From the NCBI GenBank assembly GCA_963799845.1, contig CAWCYI010000007.1, positions 96,001 through 160,000 on the forward strand: a stretch of DNA of 64,000 nt. The letters run 5' to 3'. Below, one piece after another: positions 49,629-59,387 of this stretch. Origin of the DNA: an uncultured Nitrososphaerota archaeon. GTDB lineage: Archaea > Thermoproteota > Nitrososphaeria > Nitrososphaerales > CADDZS01. A model generated the notes under the pieces. The model made no database searches, was not told the origin of the DNA, and worked only from the letters and a program-made list of their open reading frames with translations. Positions within the stretch are counted from its first letter, which is position 1. Each line of letters begins with the position of its first letter. A program made the position numbers and the translations under genes.

Positions 49629-49700
49629 AGCTCGTTTCGAGCTCTGTTGGATTGAAACAGCTCGTTTCAAGCTTTTCCATTGAGGGGCTAATTTCGAGCT
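49629..49700. repeat. Three copies of a 15-bp palindromic motif AGCTCGTTTCGAGCT
   Basis: 49629-49643 exact; 49659-49673 AGCTCGTTTCAAGCT; 49686-49700 GGCTAATTTCGAGCT. Confidence 0.7.
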
Positions 49701-49756
49701 CAAAATCAATCCGATAACAGGAAAATTGGGTCTAGACGAATTACCTGAATTACTTT

Positions 49757-50074
49757 CTACCCGGACTCGATGTAACTCTTAGCTCTTGCCATCGTCGCCT
49801 GAATTTGGGGAACATTATCAGATTTCACGGCGATCGTGAGACCATTTACGTAGGTCTGAAGAATTCTCATTTCTCCCGTCGCATCTTTGGACGAGCGGGC
49901 GAGCTGACCAATCCTCTGGTTGAGACGATTGATGTGCTGCAGTGCCAGTATTCGGTTTTCATCCTTTGAAAATGAGCTGTCAGAACTTCGAATCAAGGGG
50001 CTAACGTAGCGTTCCATCTGAGCAAAAATTTCCTTCAGTGCCGGATCCAACTTCAGATCACGTAACTTTCGCAC
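49757..50074 (-). CDS. Hypothetical helical protein
   Basis: ORF overlapping the end of the upstream tRNA-binding gene. Confidence 0.55.
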   Translation of the reverse strand: MRKLRDLKLDPALKEIFAQMERYVSPLIRSSDSSFSKDENRILALQHINRLNQRIGQLARSSKDATGEMRILQTYVNGLTIAVKSDNVPQIQATMARAKSYIESG

Positions 50075-50423
50075 CGGAATTCAAAGGCCGATCGAGCGTA
50101 AGGGCGGAAATTTCGGGACCTTCGGCCGCTGCTAGTAGCATGACTTCTGAGACAAGGCCCATGAGGCTCCTAGGTTTCATGTTCATCACCACGACGATGA
50201 GCTTGTCTTTCAGCTGATCAGGATCATACCTTGCTCCTATACCGGCGATGCACTGTTTTTCTACTCCGCCGATGTCGAGCTTCAATTTTATCAGCCTTGC
50301 AGAATTGGGAACCCTGGACGCCTCAATCACCTTCGCGACACGGAGGTCGATCCTTTTGAACTCGTCGAAAGTGACTTCTGGAATAAGCTGGGTATCCGAA
50401 GGGGGTGATGGCGGATTTTCCAA
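50058..50423 (-). CDS. Stand-alone MetRS C-terminal / Trbp111-like tRNA-binding OB domain
   Basis: FDEFKRIDLRVAKV, LIKL, AGIG..Y, NMKPR..MG..SEVMLLAA. Confidence 0.92.
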   Translation of the reverse strand: MENPPSPPSDTQLIPEVTFDEFKRIDLRVAKVIEASRVPNSARLIKLKLDIGGVEKQCIAGIGARYDPDQLKDKLIVVVMNMKPRSLMGLVSEVMLLAAAEGPEISALTLDRPLNSGAKVT

Positions 50424-50459
50424 GTTATTCGTCTTCCGTTATTCGAGCCGATAAATAAT

Positions 50460-52142
50460 TCATTTGGAGGCCCTGATGATTTCGAGTTTTTCCTTCAGTT
50501 CCTCGGGCTTTACCTTCGAGAAGATGGGCTGCACTTCGTTCGCGACTATCGGCAGATCGTCCTCGAGGGAGATGTCATTCCACGCGGGTACTCCATCCGT
50601 CTTTTTGAAGATGCCAGCCTGCTTCGAGATTTTTAGCGATGCTTCCGGAATTATCGGATAAAGTTCCGAGGCGAGCAGTTTCATGGACGAAAGGGCGACA
50701 TACAGAATCTGCAGCGCTTTCTGCTTGTCCTGTTTGACTACCTTCCACGGTTCGGTCGAGCTGAGAAACCTGTTTGCTTCGTATCCCTGCGCCACTATGG
50801 CGCGACACGCAGACTGTAGCTCGACCTTCTCGAAGAGATTCCTGACATCGATGTGCCTATCCTGAGCTTCGACGACGAGTTTTGAGTATTCCTCGGGAAG
50901 GTCGTCGTAAACGAATTGAAAATTGTTATCGGCAAATCGTGTCACGCCGACGAGTGTCCTGTTCACGAAATTTCCTATCGTATCATTCAGGTCGTTGTTC
51001 ACTTTTTCTGAGAAGGACTCCCATCCGAAATTTACGTCCCCCGCCTCGGGACGGAGAGAGATTAACGCAAATCTCCAGTAATCAGCCGGGAGCAATTCGA
51101 GGGCCTCATCCGTCCAGATCCCCACCTTCCTGCTCTTCGAGAATTTCTGACCTTCGAAGTTCAGAAACTCCGTCGAGCTGATAAGATTGGGTTCATTGTA
51201 ATCCCGACCGGATGCCCTCAGCAACGATGGCAGTATGATCGCGTGGAACGGGATGTTGTCCTTCCCGATGAAAAACGAAGTCTTCGTGGAAGAATCGAGC
51301 CAGTATTCCTTCCAGACTTGCGGAGTACCTTTTCTCTCGAAGTACTCGATGACCGCGGAAACGTAACCAAGAACGGCGTCCATCCAAACGTAGATTGTCT
51401 TGTCTTCGGCCCCGGGGAACGGAGCCTTGATTCCCCACTTTGAATCGCGAGTTATTGACCTCGGTCGCAGGCCGTCCTTGATCCATCCCTTGCAGAATTT
51501 TATTACGTTCGTCGAAAGCTCGGCCCGGGCAAGAAAGTCCGAAATATAGTCAGACATTTTCGGGAGATCGAAAAACCACTGCTTTGTTTCTCTTAATTCG
51601 GTCGGATTCTTGCAGATCACGCAGTACGCTTTGATGAGTAGGTCAGCATCGAGCGGCCTCCCGCAGTTGTCGCACTGATCGCCCCGGGCCCGCTCGTAAC
51701 CGCAGTAGGGGCAGGTTCCCTCGACGAACCGATCGGGCAGGAAGCGATCATCGTGAGTGCAGTAATGGATCCTCTCAACCTGCGTGAAAATGTATGAATC
51801 GTTATTGTAAATCTCCATGTACAATTCTCGCGTAAACTTCCAGTGGGCTTCCGAATCGGTTCTGGTGTAATTGTCGTAAGAAATATTCCATCTTCTGAAA
51901 ATGTCGGAGATTCCCTGATGATTTTGATCTGCGAGTTCTCTTACGGGTATTTTTCGCTTTAGAGCCTCTACTTCAAGCGGAGTGCCGTGCTCGTCAGAAC
52001 CCGAAACGAAGACCACCTCATTGCCGATCAACCTGTTGAACCTCGCGAAAACGTCAGCGGACAGGACGGATCCGATCATATTACCCAGATGCGGGATGTC
52101 GGAGGAATATGGCCACGCGGAGGTGACGACCCATTTTGCCAT
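50460..52142 (-). CDS. metG: Methionine--tRNA ligase (catalytic part)
   Basis: PHLGN, GSDEHG, Zn knuckles, YVWMDA, GKDNIPFH, KFSKS. Confidence 0.97.
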   Translation of the reverse strand: MAKWVVTSAWPYSSDIPHLGNMIGSVLSADVFARFNRLIGNEVVFVSGSDEHGTPLEVEALKRKIPVRELADQNHQGISDIFRRWNISYDNYTRTDSEAHWKFTRELYMEIYNNDSYIFTQVERIHYCTHDDRFLPDRFVEGTCPYCGYERARGDQCDNCGRPLDADLLIKAYCVICKNPTELRETKQWFFDLPKMSDYISDFLARAELSTNVIKFCKGWIKDGLRPRSITRDSKWGIKAPFPGAEDKTIYVWMDAVLGYVSAVIEYFERKGTPQVWKEYWLDSSTKTSFFIGKDNIPFHAIILPSLLRASGRDYNEPNLISSTEFLNFEGQKFSKSRKVGIWTDEALELLPADYWRFALISLRPEAGDVNFGWESFSEKVNNDLNDTIGNFVNRTLVGVTRFADNNFQFVYDDLPEEYSKLVVEAQDRHIDVRNLFEKVELQSACRAIVAQGYEANRFLSSTEPWKVVKQDKQKALQILYVALSSMKLLASELYPIIPEASLKISKQAGIFKKTDGVPAWNDISLEDDLPIVANEVQPIFSKVKPEELKEKLEIIRASK

Positions 52143-52270
52143 GATAGTGCATGCTCGTTTTGTCGATTCTTGGAATGTTAAGAGACCTTTTTCCCTTGAT
52201 TCTAATAATACTATACCTTAATGTCCTAACGATATTTCCGAATGGAACGAACCTCAGAGGGAAGAAAGAA

Positions 52271-53540
52271 TCATTGTCGAGTGAAGGATTGCGAATAACG
52301 CTTCTGTCTTTCAGTCAGCTTGTCTATTTTGAGATCGAATCCTTTCAGACAATAATTTGTTACGAGTTGGTCGATTTCTTCGGGGAACAAGAGCAGTTTA
52401 GATTTTTTCGTTTGAAGCTCTTTGCGATGAACCAGTAAATAGTAAATCGATAGAAGTTGGTTTGCAAACGAGATCTGCATTATCTCGGGGGGATGCCCAT
52501 CTGCTGCGACCAGATTGATAACTCGCCCCTGACATAACAGATAAAGTGACTTGCCCTTCAGATCTATCTTCGTGATATTTCTCCGGACGTTTTCGATTTT
52601 GTTTCCAATTCGATATAGATCGGCCGCGTCGATTTCCTGATCAAAATGTCCGACATTTCCCATAATAGCTCCGTCCTTCATCAGTCTGAAGTGCTCAGAG
52701 CCGAGGATACGAATTTGACCCGTACAGGTCAGGAAAACATCTCCGATTTTTGCAGCCTCCATCATCGGCTTAACTTGAAAACCGTCCAGCTTTGCTTCAA
52801 GCGCCTTCAATGCGTCTACTTCCGTAATGATAGTATTCGCGCCCAGTCCTCTCGCTCGCTCCGCAACGCCCCTGCCGACCCACCCATAGCCTGCTATGAC
52901 AGCAGTCTTGCCTGCGAGGAGGAGCCCGGTTGCTCTCATAAGCCCATCAATCGCGCTTTGACCAGTGCCGTACTTGTTGTCGAAGATGTGTTTTGTCCTT
53001 GCCTCGTTAACGGGTATCGCGGGATACCTTAACTTTCCTTTTCCGTCCAGAGCCTCTCAGTCGCAAAGTTCCTGATGTGGTCTCATCGGTACCACCAATG
53101 CAGCTTTTTGAATTTGCAGTGGCATAAGCAACGTGAAGCTCCCCACCATCGTCGATGATCAGGTCAGGTTTCGACGTTGCAGCAGATCTGATGTGCTCAA
53201 TGTATTCGCTTGAGGTTTCATCGCTCCGAGCGGAGACGGATACGCCTTCAGTTTTCAGAAAGGCCGCGATATCATCCTGGCTAGATAACGGATTTGCCGC
53301 CACTAGATTAATTTCGAGTCCAAACGAGCGCAGAGAGCTAATCAGAACCGCGGTCTCTTTTGAAACGTGAAGGCAAGCGGCAAGACGTAATCCTTGGAAT
53401 GGGTTTTTTCTGGAAAGCAATTGGGATCGCAAATAATCTTCCGCGAGACGGAATACCGGCATGTGGGATTCCGCCCATTCGAACGAGGCCTTTCCTAATT
53501 CGACGCGATCGTCGGCTTCGGTTGACAATTGGCATCGCAA
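52271..53540 (-). CDS. ahcY: Adenosylhomocysteinase; apparent frameshift at ~53053
   Basis: ACLHVSKETAVL, DDGG, DETTSG, then KHIFDNKYGTGQS, GYGWVGRG, NVGHFD, GHP. Confidence 0.93.
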
Positions 53541-53677
53541 ACTAACACAGTGCTATTAAGAATACCAAAAGGGGGAACATCACTAGTTAGTTTGTAAATG
53601 GAGATTCAACCCCAAGATCTTGTTGCACTCTAACATTCGTAATTGATAAAAGTAGAAGCCGCGTTTGACGCGTTGAC

Positions 53678-53926
53678 ATGTCCGACGAACCCGAACTCCA
53701 GAAGACTTTGAAAAGACTGACTTGGCAGTACGAGAACTGCCTCTCGTGCGTATTTTTTCATCCGAATGATGTGCTCAACGCCGATCTTTTCGAAAGAGGC
53801 ATGTGCACCCACCCGAAGATGAAGCCCCTCGAACTACTCGTTTCCGGTCGGGATTGGTGCAATCTATTCAAGGAAATCCCGCAGAACACAATCGATGCCC
53901 TGCAGGCGCACGCATCGAAGGGATGA
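53678..53926 (+). CDS. Small 4-Cys protein with HiPIP-like motif
   Basis: NCLSCVFF-x14-C-x16-WCNLF. Confidence 0.55.
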   Translation: MSDEPELQKTLKRLTWQYENCLSCVFFHPNDVLNADLFERGMCTHPKMKPLELLVSGRDWCNLFKEIPQNTIDALQAHASKG

Positions 53927-53930
53927 TGGA

Positions 53931-54476
53931 TCATTTGTCGTAGTGGACTAGCGAAACCAAGTCGTATTTCTCGAGTTTGTCTCTCCCCTTCAGAAAGTCT
54001 AGCTCGACAAGAAAAGCCAGCCCGGCGACTCTCCCTCCCATTTTTTCCACGAGCTTAGCCGTCGCCTCCGCTGTTCCCCCAGTTGCGAGCAGATCGTCCA
54101 CGATAGCGATCCGCTGGCCATTCTTGATCGCGTCGCTGTGCATCTCCACCAATTCCGTGCCGTATTCGAGCGAATACTGGACAGACAATTTTTTGAAAGG
54201 AAGTTTTCCCCTTTTTCTAGCGGGGACGAAACCTGTCCTTAACTTGTAGGCGATCGGCGCCCCGATTATGAAACCGCGGGCTTCAACTCCAACTACTGCG
54301 TCGATTCTCTTCTTGGCAAAATGCCTCGTTAGAACGTCTATTACGGATCTAAATGCATCGGCGTCCATAAGGAGCGTCGTGATATCTATGAAATTGACTC
54401 CTCTTTTCGGCCAGTTAGGGATTACCCGGAGTTTGGCCTTGAGATATGATTCTGTAGAATGTCGACTTTTCTGCAC
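53931..54476 (-). CDS. apt: Adenine phosphoribosyltransferase
   Basis: EARGF, RKRGKLP, YSLEYG, VDDLLATGGT. Confidence 0.96.
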   Translation of the reverse strand: MQKSRHSTESYLKAKLRVIPNWPKRGVNFIDITTLLMDADAFRSVIDVLTRHFAKKRIDAVVGVEARGFIIGAPIAYKLRTGFVPARKRGKLPFKKLSVQYSLEYGTELVEMHSDAIKNGQRIAIVDDLLATGGTAEATAKLVEKMGGRVAGLAFLVELDFLKGRDKLEKYDLVSLVHYDK

Positions 54477-54522
54477 GCGAGTCCGCTTTCTGACCTTGTA
54501 TCTAAGAATTAAGACCGGACTA

Positions 54523-55332
54523 TCAAATCATTGCGCCTGAGAGAGCTCGGCCGCAGTCGCACGTTCTCACCTCTGGAAGCGAATCAATCGCACTCAGGAC
54601 AAGCCTCTTTGCGTTCTCCGCATTTTTTCGCATGGTCTCGGAAACTTCTGCCGCCGTCACGGGCTTGTCAGCCCAAACATCGTAGTCAGTAACCATCGAG
54701 ATCGACGCATAACAGATCTGCGCCTCCCGGGCCAAGATGCATTCTGGATATAGGGTCATCCCCACAATGTCTGCTCCCCATTGACGGAATAACTTGGATT
54801 CAGATCGCGTCGAGAATCTCGGGCCTTCAATACAGACATAAGTCGCCTCTCCGCTAGCCTCGATCGCCATTTTCATCGCTGACTCGGAGAGAACTCTTCT
54901 GATCTGGGAGCAGAACGGATCTGCCGAGGAGACATGGGCAACCTGGGCCCCATCGAAAAAAGTATCCGCCCGATTCTTCGTCCTGTCGATGAACTGGTCT
55001 GGAAATACAAACCCACCCGGCTTCAGGTTTTCCCGAAGACTACCGACTGATGAAACGCTGATGATTCTTTCTACCCCAATTTGTTTTAGAGCATAGATGT
55101 TGGCGCGATAGTTGATTCCGTGCGGTGGAATGGAGTGATCCCTACCGTGTCTCGGGATGAACGCGACACTTTTTCCGTTGTGCCGTCCGATTGACAAAAA
55201 CGGAGACGGAGAGCCGTACGGCGTTGAAACTTTGACATCCTTTGAGTCATGAAAAAGCTTCGGGTCGTAGACTCCGGTTCCCCCGATGATTGCAAGTTTC
55301 GCAGTCTCTCTCGGCGGATCGACTAGACTCAT
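54523..55332 (-). CDS. mtnP: S-methyl-5'-thioadenosine phosphorylase
   Basis: IIGGTG, TPYG, PRHG, EGPRFST, VGMT, VTDYD. Confidence 0.95.
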   Translation of the reverse strand: MSLVDPPRETAKLAIIGGTGVYDPKLFHDSKDVKVSTPYGSPSPFLSIGRHNGKSVAFIPRHGRDHSIPPHGINYRANIYALKQIGVERIISVSSVGSLRENLKPGGFVFPDQFIDRTKNRADTFFDGAQVAHVSSADPFCSQIRRVLSESAMKMAIEASGEATYVCIEGPRFSTRSESKLFRQWGADIVGMTLYPECILAREAQICYASISMVTDYDVWADKPVTAAEVSETMRKNAENAKRLVLSAIDSLPEVRTCDCGRALSGAMI

Positions 55333-55470
55333 AATTCTAATTGCAGCTCGATTCCTTTGTAAAACACTTTAGAATTACCGGTTTACTTATATTGGAAATT
55401 CGACCTGATTCAATGGGCCCTAGCTGGTTTCATTCGGATAAGAAAGCATGGAGAAGGGATTGAATTCGAT

Positions 55471-55785
55471 TTGTCAATCGATAAACAATACATCGCGCGA
55501 ACCATAAAGTGGCAAAACACGATTCTCCTAAACATCTGCGACGAGGAATTGCTCGGAACCACTGTGAAGGGAGGCAAGGTGGAAATGGAGATTTCTCGCG
55601 ATTATTTCGGAGGCGACAAGGTCAGCGAGGATCAAGCCATCAATCTCGTGAGGGTATCGAGCATAATCAATCTTGCAGGTACCAGGATCGTGGAGAAAGT
55701 ATTGGACAAGAAACTGGCTTCGGAACGGGCAGTCAAGAAAGTTGGTCCCGTTTCCTTCCTTATGATCTACAAATTCTCAAACTAA
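55471..55785 (+). CDS. DUF424 family protein
   Basis: ICDEELLG, YFGG, IINLAG. Confidence 0.85.
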   Translation: MSIDKQYIARTIKWQNTILLNICDEELLGTTVKGGKVEMEISRDYFGGDKVSEDQAINLVRVSSIINLAGTRIVEKVLDKKLASERAVKKVGPVSFLMIYKFSN

Positions 55786-56124
55786 TCCTGATTTGACGGG
55801 ATACTGGATTGCGAGCTATCGCGAGTTTTTCCGAATTTTCACCTCGTTGATAGTTATGTCGACCGGGAAGAACCTGAGGCTCGTCTTTCAATAAATTGTG
55901 TTATTTTGCATTGAAGGGCTCAAAGTCCCTCAATTTGTCTATGGACCTCTGTGTCTATTTCAAATAGGAGCGATCATTCCTTTATTAAAAAATAAACTTT
56001 CGAAATTCATACTACCTATAGGTCGATCGAAGACAATATCGATGACTTCGGCCTTTTCTTGATCAAACCACATGAGTTGTATAGACTAGAAGTATCCTCG
56101 TAGTAACCCTTTTTCCTTTGAACG

Positions 56125-57012
56125 TTGATTATCGAGGTTAAGGTTCGGATATTTTCGATTTTGAAGTACGTGCGAGAAAGAGACGAAGCCGGGGAAGCTG
56201 ACCTCCAGAAGTTCCACAGGGAGGCGGAAAGAGTCGACAAGAGAGACAGAGTGATTCTGAAGAATGAAGAAGAGCGATCTGTCTTCGAAGAAGTTTTTGA
56301 TCGAAAAACCCTGATGATACTTTACGATCTTTCGAATAACAACGCTTTTTCCTATCTGAACGGGGTAATAAGCTCAGGCAAGGAAGCAAGAGTCTACTGG
56401 GGTGTTAAATCAGACGGAACCGATGTCGCTGTCAAAATCTATCTTGTCGCGTCATCCGATTACAAGAAACGAATGCAGTACGTCGAGGGAGACCCCAGAT
56501 TTAACAAGATTCGCAGAGACAGTAGAGGAATCGCCGAACTGTGGGCTCGGAAGGAGTACATTAACTTGAAACAGGCTTTTGATGCGGGAGCTCCGGTACC
56601 ACAACCCCTGAACTTTCAGGGTAATGTCGTCGTGATGCAGTTTATTGGAACCGGCGGGATACCAGCTCCCCGCCTGATTGATGCTAAAGCCACCAAGGCC
56701 GATTACAAAGTAGTTATCCGCTCGATGCAGTTGATTTACCAGAAGGCCGAGCTAGTCCACTCTGACCTATCGGAATATAACATAATGAAGCTGGATGGAA
56801 AGATCATTCTCTTTGATTTTGGTTCAGCCGTCTCTACCAGACATCCATCTGCAGAGGAATTTCTGAAGCGGGACATCACCAACGTAAACAAGTTCTTTGA
56901 GAAACGTGGGATTCGGGTTGATGACGAAGCGAAACTCCTAGCCAGAATTCAGGGAAGCTCTAAGAATAAGGAGGAGAAATTCGATCTTGAAGAGGAGAAT
57001 TTGAGAATTTGA
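56125..57012 (+). CDS. rio1: RIO1 serine kinase
   Basis: SSGKEARVY, AVKIY, WARKE, VHSDLSEYN, FDFG. Confidence 0.95.
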   Translation: MIIEVKVRIFSILKYVRERDEAGEADLQKFHREAERVDKRDRVILKNEEERSVFEEVFDRKTLMILYDLSNNNAFSYLNGVISSGKEARVYWGVKSDGTDVAVKIYLVASSDYKKRMQYVEGDPRFNKIRRDSRGIAELWARKEYINLKQAFDAGAPVPQPLNFQGNVVVMQFIGTGGIPAPRLIDAKATKADYKVVIRSMQLIYQKAELVHSDLSEYNIMKLDGKIILFDFGSAVSTRHPSAEEFLKRDITNVNKFFEKRGIRVDDEAKLLARIQGSSKNKEEKFDLEEENLRI

Positions 57013-57590
57013 GCTCTGAACAAGTTGTCAGAGTCCCACTGGAAAGAGTGGGAGCTCTCGTCGGGAAGGAGGGCGTCGTGAAAACCGAAATCGAAAGAAG
57101 GTGCGGAGTAACGCTTGAAATTGATGGCAAGACCGGCGAGGCGAGGATCAGTTACCAGCCGGAAGCCTTGATCGAAGCTAATCCTTTCAAGGCATACGAC
57201 ATTGTTTCCGCGATAGCTAGAGGCTTTTCCCCTCAGCGGGCATTCTCGCTGCTTCAGGAGGAACGGATTTTGACGCTGATAGATCTGAGGGAATATGCGG
57301 GCAAATCCGAAAATGCAATGATCAGAATTCGCAGTCGACTTATCGGAACAGAGGGAAAGGCTAGGAAGATAATAGAACAGCTCACCCAGTCGGAAATTTC
57401 GATCTACGGACATACAGTGGCGATAATAGGAGATCCGGAGGAGTCGAAGATAGCGAAGGAAGCCATCGATAAGCTCGCCAAGGGCGGAACTCACAAATCG
57501 ACGTACGAGATGCTCCAAAAGTACAGGACGAAACAAAAACTCGACCGGATGCAGCTCTGGGAAGCTCAGAGACCTCCGGAAGAAAATTAA
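57009..57590 (+). CDS. KH-domain rRNA-processing protein (Dim2/Pno1)
   Basis: VGKEG, ARGFSP, RLIGTEGKAR. Confidence 0.93.
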   Translation: MSSEQVVRVPLERVGALVGKEGVVKTEIERRCGVTLEIDGKTGEARISYQPEALIEANPFKAYDIVSAIARGFSPQRAFSLLQEERILTLIDLREYAGKSENAMIRIRSRLIGTEGKARKIIEQLTQSEISIYGHTVAIIGDPEESKIAKEAIDKLAKGGTHKSTYEMLQKYRTKQKLDRMQLWEAQRPPEEN

Positions 57591-57707
57591 AACTCAATTT
57601 TCGCCAGGAAAGAGCGGGAATATTTTTATCAGACGCCAATAGAGCCTCTGCGTCGTCCTGTTGTTTTGTCTTATCAGAGAAAATTTCGAGGTTAGTTCGG
57701 AGTATGT

Positions 57708-59387
57708 TTGAAATTGGTTGCTAATCAGCAGAAGGTTACTTACTCGGAAATTTCTCCGAGCGAATTTTTCTATCGCAATCGCGATCTCGCCGGTTTCAGC
57801 AATCCGTCAAGGGCTCTCTACACATCAGTCAGAGAGCTGGTCGAAAACAGTCTGGATGCCTGCGAGCAGTTTTCGATTCTTCCTGAGATTACTGTAAAGA
57901 TTGAGTTAGCGCCGGAAGGCACGAAAGCTGGGGAGCAGGTAGCCTACGTGCTTACGGTCAAGGACAACGGCCCCGGGATTGAGGCAAAGCACCTCCCCAA
58001 CGCGTTTGGAAGAGTCTTTTACGGCTCAAAATACAAGCTGAAGCAGTCGCGCGGGATGTTCGGGATGGGCGGGACGATGGCGATTCTTTACGCCCAGATC
58101 ACGACCAATAGGCCAGTCACTATTTCTTCGTGTTCTGACGGTAAAACCAGTCACGTCTTGGACATGCTGATTGACATCCAGGAGAACAAGCCGGTGATTC
58201 TGAAGCACGACACGCAACCCTCGGATGGAACCGGGACGTCGGTTCAGCTGACTCTGATGGGCGACTATTTCCGAGCCGGGCAGAAAATTCAGGACTATTT
58301 CAAGCAAACAGCCCTGGTTACTCCGTACGCGAACATCAATCTGATCGATCCCGAAACAAATGTCATTTCGTATCACAGAGGTACGAATGCAGTACCCCCG
58401 CCGCCCGCCGAGACCTTACCACATCCCTACGGTATCGATGTTGAGGCGCTCCGTCGTTTGATCAAACAAACAATCGATCCGAATCTGGTAAAGTTCATGA
58501 CAAATAATTTCCACAGGGTTGGTGAGAGAACCGCCGAGAAATTTCTAGCGTTTGCTGGCTTTGAGAAATCGAGAAAACCCAAGACTCTTGGAAATGAAGA
58601 CGTCGTAACTTTTGTGAACGCGCTGCACCAATTTGACGAGTTTCTTTCGCCGGACGCGTCCTGCCTTTCTCCTCTGGGTGAGGAAATTATGCAGGCAGGC
58701 ATCATGAAGGAGCTCGCCCCCGAATTCGTGGCGATGTGCGTCAGACCGCCCTCGGCTTACTCGGGTTTCCCGTTCATCGTAGAGGTTGGACTGGCTTATG
58801 GTGGAAGCTTGATTGAACCAGGAATCAGGTTGCTTCGCTTCGCCAACAGAATCCCGCTTCTGTATGATGAGGCTAACGATGTTGCTTACCGTATAATAAA
58901 GGAGGAGATAGACTGGAAACGGTACAAGATTCCTCAGGATGCGCCGATTGCAATAATCACGCACGTTTGTTCCACTAAAGTGCCCTACAAGACCGTGGGG
59001 AAAGAGTACCTTGCCGACCGGCCAGAACTTGAAAGGGAGATAAAGAACGCCTCGAGGGAAGTGCTTCGGAAACTCGCGACCTATGTTTCGAAAAAGGGCT
59101 CGATGGAATTCCAGAAGAAGAGAATGAATATTTACGGAAAGTACTTGCCTTTGATCGCGAAATTTTCGACTGAGCTCTCGGGTAACAAAAAACCTCCAAG
59201 CTACAAGAAACTGCTTGGAAACGAAGTCGCAATAGAACCTGGCTCTGAATCAGAGCAGGCGATAAGCGATGAGACTGCAAAGGAAGTGGCTGACACCGTA
59301 GCGAAGGATCAAGAATCGCGATCGAAAAAGAAGGTAAAGGTTGAAAATGACCAGCAAAGCCTCGAAGAATTTGGCGACAGCTCGTAG
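57708..59387 (+). CDS. top6B: DNA topoisomerase VI subunit B
   Basis: ELVENSLDA, DNGPG, QSRGMFGMG, RFANRIPL. Confidence 0.97.
   Translation: MKLVANQQKVTYSEISPSEFFYRNRDLAGFSNPSRALYTSVRELVENSLDACEQFSILPEITVKIELAPEGTKAGEQVAYVLTVKDNGPGIEAKHLPNAFGRVFYGSKYKLKQSRGMFGMGGTMAILYAQITTNRPVTISSCSDGKTSHVLDMLIDIQENKPVILKHDTQPSDGTGTSVQLTLMGDYFRAGQKIQDYFKQTALVTPYANINLIDPETNVISYHRGTNAVPPPPAETLPHPYGIDVEALRRLIKQTIDPNLVKFMTNNFHRVGERTAEKFLAFAGFEKSRKPKTLGNEDVVTFVNALHQFDEFLSPDASCLSPLGEEIMQAGIMKELAPEFVAMCVRPPSAYSGFPFIVEVGLAYGGSLIEPGIRLLRFANRIPLLYDEANDVAYRIIKEEIDWKRYKIPQDAPIAIITHVCSTKVPYKTVGKEYLADRPELEREIKNASREVLRKLATYVSKKGSMEFQKKRMNIYGKYLPLIAKFSTELSGNKKPPSYKKLLGNEVAIEPGSESEQAISDETAKEVADTVAKDQESRSKKKVKVENDQQSLEEFGDSS

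Noticed and set aside
49407-49655. 82-aa plus-strand ORF
   Set aside because: No motif or clear start context; overlaps the palindrome array.
49560-49740. Replication origin (ORB elements)
   Set aside because: No convincing ORB consensus and no cdc6/orc1 gene in the window.
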